From positions 1-59,240 of IMG/VR virus record IMGVR_UViG_3300036791_000126: a stretch of DNA of 59,240 nucleotides. The stretch is one strand, 5' to 3'. Position numbers and translations under genes: made by a program. The notes beneath the pieces were generated by a model. The model saw nothing but the letters and a program-made list of their open reading frames with translations, had not been told where the DNA came from and made no database searches. Positions 54,750 to 59,240 of this stretch are shown piece by piece (the first letter of the stretch is position 1; every line of letters starts with the position of its first letter). The DNA is from a virus. Lineage: Duplodnaviria; Caudoviricetes.

Positions 54750-55247
54750 ATGATAGTTGAAATCCCTCTTTCACAAGATAAGACTGCATACATTAGTGCT
54801 CGACAATTTGAGAAAGTGTCGAAGCATAAATGGTTTGCATTCTGGAGTGGAAAAGGATGGTATGCGATTGCGAATATACACGGAAGGACTGTCCTTCTTC
54901 ATCGTTTCATTATGGATCGAAAAACGGGAGATGGAATGCAGATAGATCATATCGATGGAGATGGTTTAAACTGTGTAGACAGTAATCTCAGACTGGCGAC
55001 TAATCAACAGAATTCATTCAATCAGAAAAAAGCTGGTGGAATGACTTCCAAATATAAAGGTGTTTCATGGGATAACTGGAAATGTAAGTGGGTAGTATAC
55101 ATCAAAATAAACGGGAGAAATAAAAATTTGGGTCGTTTTAATTCTGAAGAAGAAGCAGCCAAAGCTTATGATAAAGCTGCTGTTGAATTCTTTGGGGAGT
55201 TTGCAAGACTCAATTTTCCGAGAGAGGGGGTGATTTTAAATAGATGA
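54750..55247 (+). mobile_element. HNH-AP2 homing endonuclease
   Basis: EIPLSQDK, LLHRFIM, IDHIDGDGLNCVDSNLR, SKYKGV, NLGRF.SEEEAAKAYD; AT-rich; start could be GTG 54735. Confidence 0.9.
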
Positions 55248-57097
55248 GAGAATTCGCCCTAGTTGATACACCGCAAATCGATGGCGGAAACGAAATCTGG
55301 ATTGAGGCGCTGCCTGCCAAGATTTTCCACACACCTCAGTACGGACAAGTTTCGATCACGTATGACAAGTTGAAGCGGTTTGTACAGAACTTCAACAGTC
55401 GTGTTCGTGGTCAAGACATCGCTACCGACTTCAATCACGGTATGGATCGTGCGAAGGGTAATCAGGCAAGCGGGTGGTTCAAGGAACTGGCTATTAAGCC
55501 GCATTCGCAAGATCCTACGCTTCCCAGCTTGTTTGCACGCATCGAGCTAACTGACGACGCACGTAAGGAGTTGGGTGAGAAGAAGTGGCGATACTTCTCA
55601 CTCGAATGGGAGGATTTGTGGACTGACAACAACGGAAAAGAATGGCAAGATGTCATTACTGGCGGAGGTTTCACGAATCGGCCGGTTGCCAAGAACATGA
55701 TGCCCATCAACTTCTCCGAGGCTATGTGGCAGGAGTTGGATTACGAGACAAAGAAACAGTTCGCTGTCTGGACGACTAAGACAGTAAACGATCTTCCCGA
55801 TAGTGCCTTCTTGTACGTGCAACCCGGTGGATCGAAAGACAGCGAGGGTAAAACTGTCCCCCGAAGCCTAAGGCACTTCCCGTATAAAGGCTCCGATGGC
55901 AAGATCGATTTGCCACACCTAAGAAATGCTATTGCTCGTATTCCTCAGGCTGGTAGTTGGCTGAGTGCCAGCATGAAGAATAGTCTGCAATCTCGTGCAC
56001 GAAAGATGTTGTCGAACGCGGGAGGTTCTCCCAGCATGGGTGAAACGTTAGAAGAAAATCTCAACATTATCGACCCCAATGCAATTAACCCCGAGATGCA
56101 GCAAGCGATTATCTCGGCTGCCAATCTGCTTGAACAGGCTGGTTATACCTTCAAAGAATCGAAGGAGTGGGAGCATTCTGAGCCTGGAACAGGTACACCG
56201 CCTGCGCCTAACTTGGGGCCTGAGTCAGGTATCACTGATCCCGCTATTGTGAATCAGTGGAGACGTGAGACGCCTCCTGGTGCATACGACGATCCCGTAA
56301 CTGGATTGCCTCAAGGCGGAACAACTCCCCCGATTCCAGCCAGCGCAACACCATCAACAACAATCAACATTGTACCTCCACAAGCCGGAAGTGCAACAGG
56401 TATACCACCGCTTACACCTACAACGCCCCCGACACCACCTACAACACCGCCGAGAGGAGGGAAGAAATTGTCTGAGGGAATGAGTGTAGAACAGGAGTAT
56501 GAACTGCGCAACATTCTGGGTATTACCTCGGATGGAGATGTTATCGAGGCTGCTCGACTTCAGCTTGGTGAACTGACTGAGTTGAAGCGTACCGTGGATG
56601 CTGCTTCTCAGGAGCGCAAGTTCGCTGAGGACTATCCCGCATTTTGGGGTGAGCACAACAAGCTCATGAATCGTGATCGTGAGAATAGCGCACGTCAGTT
56701 CAGTGAGTCTGTGTCTCGCGTGCGTAAGGCTGAGGGCTTTGGACTCAAGGAAACTGCAAAGGGTCTTAGCTCGATGTCGCTCAGCAAGGTTACGGAGCTT
56801 CACAAGCATTTCGCGGAAGGTACTGCTACTATCGAAGAGTTCGAGGATTGCATGAGAACCATCGTCAATGGTGGTATCGTGGAATTCGGCGAAATCGGTA
56901 GCAGCGCAACCGACGATATGCCTATCGTTGATACCAGCTCCGCGCCTGGTATCGCAACTGCCCGCAAGTTGTTCGCGGAAGTCGTTAGCAAGATCCAGAA
57001 GGACAATCCTGAAATGGATTACATGGCGGCAATCACTGAGGCTGGTAAGAGGCATCCCGATCTTGCCGAGGCTTACTCAGTTGCTCTGCCTGCCTAA
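55244..57097 (+). CDS. capsid maturation protease (Mu gpI-like) with fused scaffold
   Basis: IATDFNH, ASGWF, WRYFSLE, GGGFTNRP; Pro/Thr linker; coiled-coil C-terminus. Confidence 0.88.
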   Translation: MREFALVDTPQIDGGNEIWIEALPAKIFHTPQYGQVSITYDKLKRFVQNFNSRVRGQDIATDFNHGMDRAKGNQASGWFKELAIKPHSQDPTLPSLFARIELTDDARKELGEKKWRYFSLEWEDLWTDNNGKEWQDVITGGGFTNRPVAKNMMPINFSEAMWQELDYETKKQFAVWTTKTVNDLPDSAFLYVQPGGSKDSEGKTVPRSLRHFPYKGSDGKIDLPHLRNAIARIPQAGSWLSASMKNSLQSRARKMLSNAGGSPSMGETLEENLNIIDPNAINPEMQQAIISAANLLEQAGYTFKESKEWEHSEPGTGTPPAPNLGPESGITDPAIVNQWRRETPPGAYDDPVTGLPQGGTTPPIPASATPSTTINIVPPQAGSATGIPPLTPTTPPTPPTTPPRGGKKLSEGMSVEQEYELRNILGITSDGDVIEAARLQLGELTELKRTVDAASQERKFAEDYPAFWGEHNKLMNRDRENSARQFSESVSRVRKAEGFGLKETAKGLSSMSLSKVTELHKHFAEGTATIEEFEDCMRTIVNGGIVEFGEIGSSATDDMPIVDTSSAPGIATARKLFAEVVSKIQKDNPEMDYMAAITEAGKRHPDLAEAYSVALPA

Positions 57098-57128
57098 TCT
57101 AATTGCCCGAAAGGCGGTGAATTAATCA

Positions 57129-57530
57129 ATGGCTGGTGCACACGGTAACTTTGTTCTCGATAAGGGTTATCGCGCTGGTGCTGTTCTTACGAAGTATCGC
57201 GCTGTAAAGTTCCTGCCTGGTCAGACTGAAACGTCGGTGGTTCCAGTTGCTGCAATCACTGATGTTATCGCTGGTGTTGTACAGTTCGGAGTATCTGCCA
57301 CAGAGCTTCCGCGTGGTAAGGGTGCCTCTTGTCGCACGATGGGCGAGACGATCATGGAAGCTGCTGCCGCAATTCCACTTGGTTCGATCGTAGCTATCAA
57401 TGCGTCTGGTCAGGCTGTCGTTGCTACGACTGGCGCACGTGTTATCGGTACCTGCACGGGCGCCCCTGCTCTGAATCCTCTCGATCAGATCACTGTTCGT
57501 CTTGAGCCTTACGCAGGTTTGGCGCCGTAA
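57129..57530 (+). CDS. capsid decoration/cement protein (DUF2190-like)
   Basis: YRAVK...GVVQ...G...MEAAAAIPLGSIV.INASGQAV; lies between protease and capsid. Confidence 0.75.
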   Translation: MAGAHGNFVLDKGYRAGAVLTKYRAVKFLPGQTETSVVPVAAITDVIAGVVQFGVSATELPRGKGASCRTMGETIMEAAAAIPLGSIVAINASGQAVVATTGARVIGTCTGAPALNPLDQITVRLEPYAGLAP

Positions 57531-57565
57531 ACCCACAATTATTCGGAAGGTGGTGAGACTACTCA

Positions 57566-58573
57566 ATGTACGATCCAGGTACCCTTTACGTAGATCCTAT
57601 CCTGACCAACTTCTCTGTTGGTTTTAAGGATCAGGCTCTCTACGGAGATAGAATCTTCCCCCCTACTCCCGTAATGACTCAGTCGGGAAGGTACCGCGTA
57701 TTCGACAGAAGCAACTGGCTAGTGTTCGAGTCGGGACGCGAACCGGGAACGGTCGCAAATGAAATCTTGGGTGCGAAGTGGAGTGAGGATACATTCTACA
57801 CTCGCGAGCGTTCCCTACAAGTCCCGATTTACGATGAAGAGCGTCAGCAGCTCACGTCTCAGGGTGGTTATGCTAACCCCGTGTTCGGTGGCCCTATGCA
57901 GATCAACCCTGAGTTGGATGCTACTAACCTCGCTACGCGCTCACTGATGCTCGATCACGAATTGAAGGTCAGCACTCTCGTTCGTGATCCGTCTCAGTAT
58001 GGTACGAACAACAAGACAGTGTTGTCGGGTGCATCTCAGTGGGATAACTACACTGGTGGCACGACTTCTACGTCGAACCCGGTTAACGATATCCTCGTGG
58101 GTATGCGTGCTATTTATGCTGCCACGTACAGATATCCCAACACGCTTGTCATTCCTGCGCTGGGAATGTCGTACATCGAGAACCATCCTCGTGTGGTTGA
58201 TCGCTTCAAGACGTTCAGCCTGACGATGGCTAATGCGTTCCAGCTTCTGACTGGATTCGAGGGTCAGATTCTTACTGTGGACTCGGTGTATAACACGGCT
58301 AACAATATCGATGCCGCTAACGTTATTTCATCGTTCTGGGGTAAAGATGTGTGGCTCGGTATTGTCGATCCTAACCCTGGACTCCAGCAGATGACGTTCG
58401 GCAAGACGTTCAATCAGATCTATCCTGACGGCTCTATCCGGCCTACGGATCGTTGGCGTGAAGAGCCTCGCAAGGCTGACATCGTTCGTGTGTCAACCAA
58501 GTACGATCTTAAGATCGTGACTCCCGGTGCCGGTTATCTCATTCAGACGGCATTCTCGGCCACAGCATTCTAA
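57566..58573 (+). CDS. major capsid protein
   Basis: VDPILTNFSVG..., SQWD...SNPVNDI...YPNTLVI...NHP; HK97-fold capsid type of Mu-like head modules. Confidence 0.9.
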   Translation: MYDPGTLYVDPILTNFSVGFKDQALYGDRIFPPTPVMTQSGRYRVFDRSNWLVFESGREPGTVANEILGAKWSEDTFYTRERSLQVPIYDEERQQLTSQGGYANPVFGGPMQINPELDATNLATRSLMLDHELKVSTLVRDPSQYGTNNKTVLSGASQWDNYTGGTTSTSNPVNDILVGMRAIYAATYRYPNTLVIPALGMSYIENHPRVVDRFKTFSLTMANAFQLLTGFEGQILTVDSVYNTANNIDAANVISSFWGKDVWLGIVDPNPGLQQMTFGKTFNQIYPDGSIRPTDRWREEPRKADIVRVSTKYDLKIVTPGAGYLIQTAFSATAF

Positions 58574-58603
58574 TCATTGCCATTCATTAGGAGGTGGAAA
58601 AAC

Positions 58604-58990
58604 ATGGCGACGTTTTATGCGTGGAATAACTTCGATGTAGAAAGAGATGAGTGGGGTCGGTCTGTCAACAGAATCAATGTTGGCGAGGAGATTTCACAGA
58701 GCAAGCTCAAGATCAGTGATGAAGAGTGGCAGGAGCTTGTCGATATCGGTGCAGTTCGCGAGGACAAGTATCCTGAGGATCTTCCACCTGATAAGGCTCC
58801 CGCTGAATATGAGCGTGAGAAGTATGGCGAGGCAATGGCATCTGGTCAGGTTGTCGAAGCCATGAAGTACATGGAAGAGAATCCGCCCGATGAAAGTGAA
58901 ATCACTGGTGGCGAAAAGCAAATTGCACCCAAGACACCTGCACAGACACCACCATCGCAATCAACCACCACGACGACAACAACTAAGTAA
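58604..58990 (+). CDS. hypothetical head-associated protein
   Basis: AGGAGGTG RBS; VGEEISQ....SDEEWQELVDIGAV. Confidence 0.65.
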   Translation: MATFYAWNNFDVERDEWGRSVNRINVGEEISQSKLKISDEEWQELVDIGAVREDKYPEDLPPDKAPAEYEREKYGEAMASGQVVEAMKYMEENPPDESEITGGEKQIAPKTPAQTPPSQSTTTTTTTK

Positions 58991-59003
58991 GTGGGCGTGA
59001 GCC

Positions 59004-59240
59004 ATGTCGTATAAGGCATTGACACGTCTACATCTCCCGGTGATTGAGAAGGATTACGCTCCGGGTGAGTTGGTGTCCGACGATGATTTGAAGGCTGCTG
59101 GACAGGGTAAAGAGCAAATCGAGCAGTTGAAGGAAAACGGTGCTCTCGGTGGAGAGAATGCTGACTTGCATCCATCGAGTATCGTGCCTCGCCCTGATAT
59201 GCCTACCATCGAACGGGTAGTCATGGAAGCCAAGCAAATC
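59004..59240 (+). CDS. hypothetical head-associated protein (partial, runs off the window)
   Basis: MSYKALTRLHLP...YAPGELVSDDDL...QIEQLKENGAL; open to the end of the window. Confidence 0.65.
   Translation, partial: MSYKALTRLHLPVIEKDYAPGELVSDDDLKAAGQGKEQIEQLKENGALGGENADLHPSSIVPRPDMPTIERVVMEAKQI

Noticed and set aside
1-59240. Stop-codon reassignment
   Set aside because: All core genes are intact in the standard code and all three stops are used.

Overview
The window is an almost complete, circularly permuted ~59 kb genome of a tailed dsDNA phage with a contractile tail (myovirus-like; Mu-type head and neck genes, sheath, baseplate). The host is probably Gram-positive or actinobacterial, inferred from Cheo-type LexA boxes, an apparently leaderless gene, an Rpf/SLT-like enzyme and an M23-like endolysin. 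The + strand carries packaging and head genes (50.4-59.2 kb), continuing through 1-22.4 kb with neck, tail, baseplate and fibres. The - strand (48.5 to 22.5 kb) carries small early genes, an SNF2-like helicase, a PD-(D/E)XK exonuclease, an AAA ATPase, a putative SSB, a primase-helicase, a dNMP kinase, a UDG-PolA fusion, a RuvC-like resolvase and the lysis genes. I recognise no integrase, CRISPR array, rRNA or canonical tRNA. The most interesting signal is a probable post-transcriptional control layer. About nine - strand genes, including the DNA polymerase, share the ribosome-binding sequence AACGGGAG, and a consensus promoter at 38941-38969 drives a hairpin RNA whose loop is its exact antisense (13/13 nt to the polymerase RBS), a candidate phage sRNA regulon. 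Other notable signals: a shared N-terminal 'MPL-x-x-D/E-K/Q-I' tag on 5-6 early proteins, two minimal tRNA-elbow mimics, a pair of related structured RNAs, a dispersed 14-19 bp DNA motif, a 1.4 kb strand almost free of TT next to the probable genome end, and an HNH-AP2 gene that appears inserted in-frame into the exonuclease gene. All product calls come from motif recognition by eye; no database searches or folding programs were run, and motif counts are manual and may be incomplete.
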